Source of the DNA: Candidatus Polarisedimenticolia bacterium
Lineage (GTDB): Bacteria > Acidobacteriota > Polarisedimenticolia > Gp22-AA2 > AA152
Assembly: GCA_036004685.1 (NCBI GenBank)
Contig: DASYRE010000023.1
Span: 4,305-68,304, forward strand
DNA: 64,000 nucleotides
Reading direction: 5' to 3'
How positions within the stretch are numbered: position 1 is the first letter of the stretch; each line of letters opens with the position of its first letter. Under the pieces are notes generated by a model. That model saw nothing but the letters and a program-made list of their open reading frames with translations. It did no database searches and was not told where the DNA came from. A program made the translations under genes and the position numbers. Below, one piece after another: positions 33,905 to 42,922 of this stretch.

Positions 33905-36088
33905 ATGAAAGAGCCGCGCGTGAACGAATGCATCCTCAATTCGGGACTCCTGGACGCGGACGGATTGGCGCGAGTCCTGGAAATCAAGGCCCGGGACGGA
34001 GGCTCCCTGGCGCGGATCGCGGCGAACCTTGGGCTCGCCGAGGAGGAGTCCGTCAGCCGGGCGATCGCAACCGGCCTTGGTCTCGAATACAAGGACCTGA
34101 CCGAAGCGTCTTCCCAGCCACCCTCCGAAGTCACGCTGCCGGCGGAATTCTGTGTCAAGCGCCTGGTCGTGCCGCTGGGACTGAAGGATGGAACGCTGCA
34201 GGTGGCGATGGCGGATCCTCTCGATCATTCCACCATTCAGGACGTGGAATTCCGGACCAGCAAGTGGGTGGCCGTGGTGATGGCGACCGAAAGCGCGATC
34301 CTCAGGGTGCTCAAGGCCTCGTCGCTCCAGCCGGTCGAGTCCACCGCCATGTCGTACGACATGCTCGCGAGCGTGAATCCCGATGGGGAGGTCGAGGTCT
34401 CGCAGGAGGATCAGTGCGAGGTGATCGATCCAACCCAGCTGGCGAAGGACGTGAAGCTTCCGCCGATCGTCCGGTTGGTGAACGTCGCCCTGACCAACGC
34501 GGCGAAGGCAGGGGCGAGCGACATCCACATCGAGCCGCACGAGCACGGCCTGTTGATCCGACACCGCATCGACGGGATTCTGCAGGACGTGCTGCAGATT
34601 CCCAAGCACCTCCAGCAGCCGGTGATTTCCCGGATCAAGATCATTTCCGGGATGGACATCGCCGAGCGCCGCAAGCCGCAGGACGGCCGAAGCCGCCTGA
34701 GGGTCGACAAGCGACGAATCGATCTCCGCGTCTCCTCCCTCCCCACCAGCCACGGCGAGAAAATCGTCGTCCGCTTTCTCGACAGCGCCAACGCCAGCGT
34801 CAGCATGGATGGAATCGGATTCGCTCCCGATCTACGCCGGCGATTCGAGGAGATGCTGACGCGGCCCCAGGGCATGATCCTGGTCACGGGGCCGACCGGA
34901 AGCGGCAAGACGACGACCCTCTATGCCGCGTTGAACCGGGTGAAATCGCACGCCAAGAACATCATCACCGTCGAGGATCCCATCGAGTACCAGCTTGCGG
35001 GAATCAGCCAGGTGCAGATCAATCCGAAGGCGGGGGTCACCTTCGCGAGCGGACTGCGTTCCATCTTGCGCCAGGACCCGGACATCGTGTTGCTCGGCGA
35101 GATCCGTGATCGCGAAACTGCCCAAATCGCGCTCGAGGCCGCGCAGACGGGGCACCTGCTCCTGAGCACGATGCACACGAACGACGCTCCCTCCTCGATC
35201 ACGCGGCTCCTCGATCTGGGGATCGAGCCGTTCATGATCGCCGCGTCCCTGATCGGCATTCTGGCCCAGCGCCTGGTGCGCAAACCCTGCCCCGATTGCA
35301 TCATCGCGCGCGCGCCCTCGCCCGAGATCCTGGAGAAGTTCACCGTCACGAGGCCGGATCCCTCCTACAAAGCAGGACAGGGTTGCCCGAACTGCGGACA
35401 GACCGGCTTCCGGGGCCGCACCGCGATCCACGAGTTCCTGGTGATCAACGACGAGCTCCGTGATCGCATCGCCCGCGGGGCCGCAGAGCACGAGACGAGG
35501 GCCGCGGCGCGGCGCGCTGGGATGCGGACGCTGATGGAGGACGGGGTGATGAAGGCCGGGGACGGGCTCACGACGCTCGAGGAAGTCCTCCGAGTGATCC
35601 CCCCCGACGAGGTAAAGGCGACGACGACCTCCCAGGCCGCTCCGAGGACGGGACCCGCGATCGACGACTCCTCGACCACTCTGCCCGAGGGCGAGAAAGT
35701 GAGGGTCCTGGTAGTCGAGGACAGCCCCACGGTGGTCACGGTGGTCAAGTATTTCCTGGAGAACGAAGGGTTCGAGGTGCTGGTCGCCGCCAACGGAGTC
35801 GAAGGCTTGCGGATCGCGAGAGACTCGGCTCCACACGTCGTCGTCAGCGACCTCAACATGCCGGAGATGGACGGTATCGCGCTGGTGCAGGAGCTGCGCG
35901 CCGACGCCCGTACCCGGGGCGCGGGAATCATCTTGCTCACTTCCGACGACAGCGTGGAAACCGAAGCTCGTGGGCTGGCGACCGGCGCCGACGATTACCT
36001 GGCCAAACCGGTCGAGCCGAAGCGGCTGGCCGCGCGGATTAAGACAATCTTAGCCCGAAATCGGACCCGCCAAGCGGAGAAGGTGTGA
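33905..36088 (+). CDS. GspE/PilB-type secretion ATPase (T2SS/T4P family) with C-terminal response-regulator receiver domain
   Basis: 727 aa. N-terminal T2SSE_N-like domain. Walker A VTGPTGSGKTTT, Asp box, Walker B LLGEIRD, His box. Tetracysteine CPDC…CPNC. Then canonical REC: VLVVEDSPT…, phospho-acceptor VVVSDLNMPEMDG, LLTS, AKP. Stop overlaps next gene start (ATGA). Confidence 0.85.
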   Translation: MKEPRVNECILNSGLLDADGLARVLEIKARDGGSLARIAANLGLAEEESVSRAIATGLGLEYKDLTEASSQPPSEVTLPAEFCVKRLVVPLGLKDGTLQVAMADPLDHSTIQDVEFRTSKWVAVVMATESAILRVLKASSLQPVESTAMSYDMLASVNPDGEVEVSQEDQCEVIDPTQLAKDVKLPPIVRLVNVALTNAAKAGASDIHIEPHEHGLLIRHRIDGILQDVLQIPKHLQQPVISRIKIISGMDIAERRKPQDGRSRLRVDKRRIDLRVSSLPTSHGEKIVVRFLDSANASVSMDGIGFAPDLRRRFEEMLTRPQGMILVTGPTGSGKTTTLYAALNRVKSHAKNIITVEDPIEYQLAGISQVQINPKAGVTFASGLRSILRQDPDIVLLGEIRDRETAQIALEAAQTGHLLLSTMHTNDAPSSITRLLDLGIEPFMIAASLIGILAQRLVRKPCPDCIIARAPSPEILEKFTVTRPDPSYKAGQGCPNCGQTGFRGRTAIHEFLVINDELRDRIARGAAEHETRAAARRAGMRTLMEDGVMKAGDGLTTLEEVLRVIPPDEVKATTTSQAAPRTGPAIDDSSTTLPEGEKVRVLVVEDSPTVVTVVKYFLENEGFEVLVAANGVEGLRIARDSAPHVVVSDLNMPEMDGIALVQELRADARTRGAGIILLTSDDSVETEARGLATGADDYLAKPVEPKRLAARIKTILARNRTRQAEKV

Positions 36089-36735
36089 GAAGCGAGGTCC
36101 CTTCAACAGAAACGGCCGCTCGTGGCCATCGATGGATTCACCTCCTGGCGATCGCCGTCTGGCTGGGAACCATCGTCTGGGGCATGGGGATCTTGCTGAG
36201 ATTCGCCTCGACGCCCGGCGATCCGGGTCATCCGCCGCTGCAATGGCCGGAAGGGAGCCGGATCCCAGCCGCGCACCGCCCGGCCTTGCTGATGGCCATT
36301 CATCCCCGCTGTCCCTGCACCCGCGCCAGCATCGAAGAGCTCCAGCAGGTGATGGCCAGGTGCCGCGGGCAAATGGAGGTGCACTTGATCGTCGTGGTGC
36401 CTTCGGCCGTCAGCGTGAGTTGGCTTGACACGGAGCTCGAACGGGAGGCGACCGCGATTCCGGGCGTCAACACCTACATCGATCGGGGCGGTATCGAAGC
36501 GCGCCGATTCGGCACCGCCACGTCGGGGCACACGCTCGTGTACAACGCCAGCGGGCACCTGGCGTTCAGCGGCGGGATCACACTGGCGCGCGGGCATGCA
36601 GGCGACAACTCGGGTCAGGACGCCGTCGTGGAGGCCATCCGCGAGGGAGGGCCGGCCCACGCCACCCACTCCGTCTACGGTTGTCCTCTTCACGATCCCC
36701 CGCCCGGCGCTCGGGCTTCGGAGTCCTACCGATGA
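36085..36735 (+). CDS. Membrane-anchored thioredoxin-fold (TlpA/ResA-like) protein with atypical C-P-C motif
   Basis: 216 aa. One N-terminal TM ([22 protein letters not shown]). [22 protein letters not shown] resembles WCxxC region of TlpA-like redoxins but with CxC. Later YGCPLH. ATGA overlaps at both ends couple it to flanking genes. Confidence 0.55.
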   Translation: MRSEVPSTETAARGHRWIHLLAIAVWLGTIVWGMGILLRFASTPGDPGHPPLQWPEGSRIPAAHRPALLMAIHPRCPCTRASIEELQQVMARCRGQMEVHLIVVVPSAVSVSWLDTELEREATAIPGVNTYIDRGGIEARRFGTATSGHTLVYNASGHLAFSGGITLARGHAGDNSGQDAVVEAIREGGPAHATHSVYGCPLHDPPPGARASESYR

Positions 36736-39700
36736 GCGAGGCGGCGGGCGTCTCCATGACGGAGGCTTCGATGACGAGAGCCTCGGTGTTGTTCCAGGAG
36801 CACCAAGGCCGAATCCTCCGTCGCACCGATCGCATCTTCGCGGGTCTCCTCGCCTTCGAGTGGCTCGCGGGCATCATCGCCGCCCTGTTCATCTCGCCTC
36901 GAACCTGGGCGGGGCAATTCAGTAAGCCCCACATCCATGTCTGGGCAGCGGTGTTCCTGGGCGGAGCCATCGTCGTTTTCCCGATCGTGCTCGCCCTCTG
37001 GCAGTCGGGCCGTCCCTTCACGCGGCACACCATCGGCGTCGGCCAGATGCTTTTCGGGGCCCTCCTAATCCATCTCACCGGCGGCCGTATCGAAACGCAC
37101 TTCTTCGTGTTCGGCTCCCTGGCCTTCCTGGCCTTCTACCGGGATTGGCGGGTCATTCTCTCGGCGACCCTGGTGGTCGTCGTCGACCACTTCGCCCGAG
37201 GACTGCTTTGGCCTCAATCGGTCTATGGTGTGCTCGTCGCCAGCCCCTGGCGGACGATCGAGCACGCGGGCTGGGTGGTTTTCGAGGACATCTTTCTCAT
37301 CGCTTCCTGCGCGCAAGGAGTGGAGGAAATGCGGCAGATCGCCGAGCGCCAGGCGCGCCTCGAGACCGTCAACGACGAAATCGAGCGTCAGGTGGAAGAC
37401 CGAACCGCCGCGCTCCGGACGAGCGAGGAGCGCTTCCGTTTGCTGGCCGAGTGCTCCCCCGTAGGGATCTACCAAACGGACGCCGCCGGACACCGCGTCT
37501 ACGTGAACGCCCGGTGGGCGGAAATCGCCGGGCTGGCCTTGTCGGAGGGACTGGGCGACGGGTGGCTCGGAGCATTGCATCCGGAGGATCGCGGCCGCGT
37601 GCTCTCGGAATGGAAAGCCTGCAGCGCCGCCGGGAGAGACATCAATCACGAATTTCGCCTGCAGCGCAGCTCCGGAGAGATTCGCTGGGTCCACTCCTTC
37701 GCCTCCCCGGTGCGCACCTCCTCCGGAGAGGCCACCGAGTACGTGGGCATCGTCGAGGACATTACGCGCCGCAAGGAAATCGAGGGCGAGCTGGAACGCG
37801 CCAAGGAAGAGGCCGAAGCGGCCGCCCGGATGAAGTCCGAATTCCTCGCCAACATGAGCCACGAGATCCGCACCCCGATGAATGCGGTGATCGGCATGAC
37901 CGGGCTGCTGCTGAGCACCGACCTGACGAAGGAGCAGCTGGAGTACGCCGAGACGGTCCGGCGTTCGGGAGAAGCCCTGCTGACCATCATCAATGACATC
38001 CTCGACTTCTCCAAGATCGAGGCGGGACGGCTCCATCTCGAGGTGATCGACTTCGATCTTCCGGTGCTCGTCGAAGAAGTGGTCTCCCTGCTCGCCGAGC
38101 GCGCCCAGGCGAAGAACCTCGAGCTGGTCTGCGTCGTGCATCACGGGGTTCCCTCGGCGCTGCGCGGAGACCCCGGGCGATTGCGCCAGATTCTCTTGAA
38201 CCTGGTGGGAAACGCCGTCAAGTTCACGGCTCAAGGCGAGGTCGTCCTGAGGGTCAAGTCGCTGGATCCGGATACCGATCCCTGTCCGGTCCGATTCGAG
38301 GTCTCGGACACCGGCATCGGCATGCCCGCCGAAGTGATCGATGGGCTCTTCCGGCCTTTTTCGCAGGCCGACAGCTCGACCGCGCGCAAATTTGGAGGCA
38401 CCGGTTTGGGGCTGGCCATATCCCGGCAGCTCACCGACCTGATGGGAGGCGCAATCGGCGTCGAGAGCCAGCCAGGCAAGGGAAGCACGTTCTGCGTGAC
38501 CTTGCGCCTGGAGAGGCAGCCGGAAGGGGCCGGTATCCTCCCGGCGCCTCGGGACAGCCTGCGCGGGCTACGAATCCTGAATGTCGATGACAACCGGTCG
38601 AATCGCCAGCTTCTTTCCGTCCTGGCTGGTTCGTGGGGCATGAACTCCGACGAGGCCGAGAGTGGCCCCGCGGCGTTGGATCTTGCGCTCGCCGCGGCTC
38701 TCGAAGGCCGCCCGTACGACGTGGTGGTCCTCGACATGCAGATGCCCGGCATGAACGGCCTCGAACTCGCCCGCAAGCTCAAAGCCGATCCGCGCACCGC
38801 CGCGCTTCGTCTCGTGATGCTGACCTCCGTCGGTCTCCGAGGCCAAGGCGAGGCTTCCCGGGCGGCCGGCATCTCCGGTTATCTGACCAAGCCGGTACGG
38901 CAGTCGCAGCTCTACGACTGCCTGGCGACGGTGATGAGCTCGAGCCTGATCAGGGGAGCAGGGGGCAAAGCCTCCATGCCGCTGGTCACGCGTCACAGCC
39001 TGCGAGAGGCGAAGGCGCGCCGGCAAAAACGGATTCTCGTCGCGGACGACAACGAAACGAACCAGCTCGTGGCGGTCCGCATGCTGGGCAAGCTCGGCTT
39101 CCAGGCGGACGTGACGGCCAACGGGCTGGAGGCCGTGGAGGCTCTCACGCGAATTCCGTACGGGCTCGTGCTGATGGACTGCCAGATGCCGGAGATGGAT
39201 GGCTATGCCGCGACGCGCGCCATCCGCCAGGCGGAAGAGTCCAAAGGAATTCACACTCCCATCATTGCCATGACCGCCCACGCGATGCAGGGGGACCGGG
39301 AGAAGTGCCTGGAAGCCGGCATGGACGACTACCTGGCCAAGCCCGTCCGCTCCGAGGAGCTCGCCAAAACGATCGAGCGATGGCTCCGGCCCGAGGCGGG
39401 GGACGAGGACCGCGAGACGGCGGGCACGACCCAGACCACCAACAAGAAAGTCAAGGCTCGCTCGAAGCGGACGAATGTCCAGAGCTCCCTGCCGCAAGAG
39501 GCTCCGCTGGATGTGGCCATATGGGACGAGCTAAGGGAGGCGGGCACCGCCGATGAGGACGGATTCCTGCGCCTGCTGGTCGGGAAGTTCCTGGAGGAGG
39601 CGCCGGCGTGTCTCGCCGCGCTCTCGGAAGCTTCCGCCGGCGGCGATGCCGCCGCTCTCGGTCGAGCGGCACATCGGTTGAAGGGCGCCGCCGCCACCCT

Positions 39701-39872
39701 CGGCGCGACCCGAATGGCCTCGATGTCGATGGAGCTGGAGAAGCTGGGGCGAGCCGGCTCCGTGACCGGGAGCCAGGGGTGGATCACGCTTCTCGAGGCA
39801 GAGCTGGGCCGCGTCCGCAAAGCCTTGTCCAAGGAGCTGGACGGAGCCGGGACGCAGCGGAAGACGGCCTGA
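36732..39872 (+). CDS. Hybrid sensor histidine kinase: multi-TM sensor / PAS / HisKA / HATPase_c / REC / REC / Hpt
   Basis: 1046 aa. ~6 TM helices with conserved His ([13 protein letters not shown]). PAS ([18 protein letters not shown]…). H-box [13 protein letters not shown]1/G2 boxes ([24 protein letters not shown]). Two REC domains ([13 protein letters not shown]; [13 protein letters not shown]). Hpt with [11 protein letters not shown]. Confidence 0.85.
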   Translation: MSEAAGVSMTEASMTRASVLFQEHQGRILRRTDRIFAGLLAFEWLAGIIAALFISPRTWAGQFSKPHIHVWAAVFLGGAIVVFPIVLALWQSGRPFTRHTIGVGQMLFGALLIHLTGGRIETHFFVFGSLAFLAFYRDWRVILSATLVVVVDHFARGLLWPQSVYGVLVASPWRTIEHAGWVVFEDIFLIASCAQGVEEMRQIAERQARLETVNDEIERQVEDRTAALRTSEERFRLLAECSPVGIYQTDAAGHRVYVNARWAEIAGLALSEGLGDGWLGALHPEDRGRVLSEWKACSAAGRDINHEFRLQRSSGEIRWVHSFASPVRTSSGEATEYVGIVEDITRRKEIEGELERAKEEAEAAARMKSEFLANMSHEIRTPMNAVIGMTGLLLSTDLTKEQLEYAETVRRSGEALLTIINDILDFSKIEAGRLHLEVIDFDLPVLVEEVVSLLAERAQAKNLELVCVVHHGVPSALRGDPGRLRQILLNLVGNAVKFTAQGEVVLRVKSLDPDTDPCPVRFEVSDTGIGMPAEVIDGLFRPFSQADSSTARKFGGTGLGLAISRQLTDLMGGAIGVESQPGKGSTFCVTLRLERQPEGAGILPAPRDSLRGLRILNVDDNRSNRQLLSVLAGSWGMNSDEAESGPAALDLALAAALEGRPYDVVVLDMQMPGMNGLELARKLKADPRTAALRLVMLTSVGLRGQGEASRAAGISGYLTKPVRQSQLYDCLATVMSSSLIRGAGGKASMPLVTRHSLREAKARRQKRILVADDNETNQLVAVRMLGKLGFQADVTANGLEAVEALTRIPYGLVLMDCQMPEMDGYAATRAIRQAEESKGIHTPIIAMTAHAMQGDREKCLEAGMDDYLAKPVRSEELAKTIERWLRPEAGDEDRETAGTTQTTNKKVKARSKRTNVQSSLPQEAPLDVAIWDELREAGTADEDGFLRLLVGKFLEEAPACLAALSEASAGGDAAALGRAAHRLKGAAATLGATRMASMSMELEKLGRAGSVTGSQGWITLLEAELGRVRKALSKELDGAGTQRKTA

Positions 39873-42800
39873 TGCGGAACGCGGCCGATCGAGAGAGGGT
39901 TTCCCGGGGGGAGTGGCTCGTCGGTGGCGGCGAGATGGCTAAGACGATCAAGGCCAAGGATTGGTCCAAGACTCCTCTGGGTCCCATGGATTCCTGGCCG
40001 CAGAGCCTGCGGACCACCGTCAGCCTCGTGCAGGCCTCCAACTCGCCGATCTCCCTCGCCTGGGGCCCCGGCCACGTCCAGATCTACAACGATGGCTACT
40101 GGCCCATCTGCGGGGCCAAGCATCCTGCGTCGATGGGCCAGGACTTCCGCGAGTGCTGGGCTTCCGCCTTTCCCGTCATCGGGGAAGCCTACGCGACCGC
40201 CTGGTCGGGGAAGAGCGCCTACCTGGAAAAAATGCGGATGTTCCTGGACCGCTATGGCTTTCTGGAGGAGACGTGGTTCACGTTCTCGTTCAGCCCTATC
40301 ACGGACGAATCGGGCTCGGTCGGCGGCCTCTTTCATCCGGTTACCGAGATGACCAGCCAGATGCTTACGGAGCGACGCACCAAGACGCTTCGTGAGCTCG
40401 CCAGCCGCGGGGCCCGGGCCCGGACCACGGAAGAGGCGTTCGCGCTGTCGGCTCAGGTGCTTGCCGAATCCGACCTGGATTTGCCGTTCGTCTTGTTCTA
40501 TCTGGTGGAGTGGGACTCACGCCGCGCCCGGCTCATCGGCCAGACAGGACTGGAGCCTGGAACCGACGTGAGCCCGAAGCTCATCGATCTGCGCTCGCCG
40601 GTCAATCGTCCCTGGCCCGTGGAGGAGGTGACGCGCACGGGACTGCCGTGCCGGATCGACTCCACGGGGACGCTGCTCGCTGGCCGGCCAGTCGGTCCTT
40701 ACCCTGAGATTCCGAAATCGGCGTTCGCCCTGCCCATTCGCCAGCCGGGCACCGACCAGCCCGCCGCCGTCATGGTGGCGGGCGTCAGCTCGCGGCTGCC
40801 CATGAACGAGCCCTACCGCGGCTTCTACGACCTGATCGGCGCGGCCGTGGGTACGGCCTTGGCCAATGCGCGGGCCTACGAGGTGGAGCGCAAGAGAGCC
40901 GAGGCGCTGGCCGAAATTGATCGGGCGAAGACGGCGTTCTTTTCCAACGTGAGTCACGAATTCCGTACGCCGATCACGCTGATCCTGGCCCCGCTCGAGG
41001 ACGAGCTCGCCGAACGCCGGGACCCCTTGCCGGCCGGGCGCCGCGAACGGCTGGAGACGGCGCACCGCAACAGTCTCCGGCTCCTGAAGCTGGTGAACAC
41101 CCTGCTGGATTTCTCGCGCATCGAAGCGGGGCGGATTCAGGCCACGTACGAGCCGACGCATCTGGGAGAGGAGACGGCGGAGCTTGCCAGCGCGTTTCGC
41201 TCGGCGGTGGAAAGAGCCGGACTGCAGCTCACGGTCGATTGCCCTCCCTTGCCCGAGCCCGTCTACGTGGACCGGCAGATGTGGGAGAAGATCGTCCTGA
41301 ATCTCGTCTCGAACGCTTTCAAACACACCTTCCAGGGCGGCATCGAGATCAAGCTGCGGTGGCGCGAGAATGGCGCGGAGCTTTCCGTCCACGATACCGG
41401 AGTGGGCATTGCAACGGAGGAGCTGCCGCGGATCTTCGAGCGCTTTCATCGCGTCAAGGGAGCCCAGTCACGGTCGCACGAAGGGACCGGGATCGGCCTG
41501 GCGCTCGTGAAGGAGCTGGTTCTACAGCACGGGGGAGAAGTCCGAGTCGAGAGCCAGGAGGGCAAAGGCAGCGTCTTCACGGTCGCCATCAAGGCGGGGC
41601 GCGCTCACCTTCCGGCGGAGCGCCTGCAGACCGATCCCAGGCCCGCCTCCCCGGGGACCGGGGCGGCCGCCTACGTCGAGGAAGCTCTGCATTGGCTGCC
41701 CGGCGCGCCGGCCGAGATTGCCATGCCATCCGCCGGAGCGAGGCCGGGCGCCGCTCCCGGCCAATCCGCGGCGGCCGCTTCCCAGCACCGATCGAGCGTT
41801 CTCTGGGCCGACGACAACACCGACATGCGTGAATACGTCCGGCGGCTGCTGTCGCAGGATTACGACGTGATCGCGGTCGCCGACGGCGTCTCGGCGCTCG
41901 AGATGGCGAAGAAACAACGACCCGACATCGTTCTGACGGACGTCATGATGCCGCGGCTGGACGGATTCGGCCTTCTCCGGGAGCTGCGAGCCGATCCCTC
42001 GATGCGGACCGTTCCGGTCATCCTTCTCTCGGCGCGCGCCGGGGAGGAGGCGACTCTCGAAGGCCTCCAATCGGGCGCCGACGATTATCTCGTCAAGCCC
42101 TTCTCCGCTCGCGAGCTTCAGGCCCGGGTGCGGACGCACCTCGACATGAGCCGCGCCCGCCTCGAATGGGCCAGGCGCCTGGAGCAGGCGAACCAAGAGC
42201 TGGAGGCCTTCAGCTATTCCATATCGCACGATCTGCGAACGCCGCTACGTCACATCCAGGGATTCGTCGAGCTGCTCCGGGAAGAGGCCGCTTCGGCTCT
42301 CGACGAGAACGGGAGTCGATATCTGGGCAAGATCGACGCTTCCGCGAAGAGCATGGCGAAGATGATCGAGGACCTGCTTGCGTTTTCGCACATGGGCCGC
42401 CGCGAGATGCGCGATACCAGGGTGGATATGGGCCGCCTGGTCTCCGAAGTGAAGAGCGAGCTTCAGGAGGAGGCGAGAGGACGCCGGATCGTGTGGAACA
42501 TCGGACCCATGCCGGAGGTCCGGGGAGATGCGGCGCTGCTCAAGCTGGCCGTGACCAATTTGCTCGCCAACGCGATGAAGTACACGCAGAATTGTGAGGA
42601 AGCCCGCATCGAGATCGCCTCGGAGGCTCCCCGGAACGAAGTCGTGATCTCCGTGCGGGACAACGGCGTCGGCTTCGATCCGCGGTACGCCCATAGGCTG
42701 TTCGGCGTCTTCCAGCGGCTTCACGAAACGAAGGAATTCGAAGGCACCGGGATCGGTCTGGCGAACGTGCGGCGGATCGTCAGCCGGCACGGTGGAAGGA

Positions 42801-42922
42801 CGTGGGCCCACGGAGAGGTCGGCCGGGGCGCCGCGTTCTTCTTTTCACTTCCCAAGGCGTGGGACGAGGAGGAAGGACCCGCGGCCGCGGACCGGCTCTC
42901 CGAAGACCTGGCAGGAGCATGA
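39872..42922 (+). CDS. Cytoplasmic dual-core sensor kinase: PAS-like / GAF / HisKA-HATPase / REC / second HisKA-HATPase
   Basis: ATG overlaps upstream TGA (TGATG). First kinase core SHEFRTPITLI…HDTGVGI…GTGIGLALV. REC with IVLTDVMMPRLDG. Second core ISHDLRTPLRHI…DNGVGF…GTGIGLANV. Start could alternatively be MAKTIK at ~39937. Confidence 0.8.
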   Translation: MRNAADRERVSRGEWLVGGGEMAKTIKAKDWSKTPLGPMDSWPQSLRTTVSLVQASNSPISLAWGPGHVQIYNDGYWPICGAKHPASMGQDFRECWASAFPVIGEAYATAWSGKSAYLEKMRMFLDRYGFLEETWFTFSFSPITDESGSVGGLFHPVTEMTSQMLTERRTKTLRELASRGARARTTEEAFALSAQVLAESDLDLPFVLFYLVEWDSRRARLIGQTGLEPGTDVSPKLIDLRSPVNRPWPVEEVTRTGLPCRIDSTGTLLAGRPVGPYPEIPKSAFALPIRQPGTDQPAAVMVAGVSSRLPMNEPYRGFYDLIGAAVGTALANARAYEVERKRAEALAEIDRAKTAFFSNVSHEFRTPITLILAPLEDELAERRDPLPAGRRERLETAHRNSLRLLKLVNTLLDFSRIEAGRIQATYEPTHLGEETAELASAFRSAVERAGLQLTVDCPPLPEPVYVDRQMWEKIVLNLVSNAFKHTFQGGIEIKLRWRENGAELSVHDTGVGIATEELPRIFERFHRVKGAQSRSHEGTGIGLALVKELVLQHGGEVRVESQEGKGSVFTVAIKAGRAHLPAERLQTDPRPASPGTGAAAYVEEALHWLPGAPAEIAMPSAGARPGAAPGQSAAAASQHRSSVLWADDNTDMREYVRRLLSQDYDVIAVADGVSALEMAKKQRPDIVLTDVMMPRLDGFGLLRELRADPSMRTVPVILLSARAGEEATLEGLQSGADDYLVKPFSARELQARVRTHLDMSRARLEWARRLEQANQELEAFSYSISHDLRTPLRHIQGFVELLREEAASALDENGSRYLGKIDASAKSMAKMIEDLLAFSHMGRREMRDTRVDMGRLVSEVKSELQEEARGRRIVWNIGPMPEVRGDAALLKLAVTNLLANAMKYTQNCEEARIEIASEAPRNEVVISVRDNGVGFDPRYAHRLFGVFQRLHETKEFEGTGIGLANVRRIVSRHGGRTWAHGEVGRGAAFFFSLPKAWDEEEGPAAADRLSEDLAGA

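Noticed and set aside
33905-34330. Possible MshEN-type c-di-GMP-binding motif in the ATPase N-domain
   Set aside because: The RLGxx…G…Q motif residues are not conserved (NECIL… and RIAANLGL… lack the Arg-Leu-Gly core), so a c-di-GMP-binding claim is not supported.
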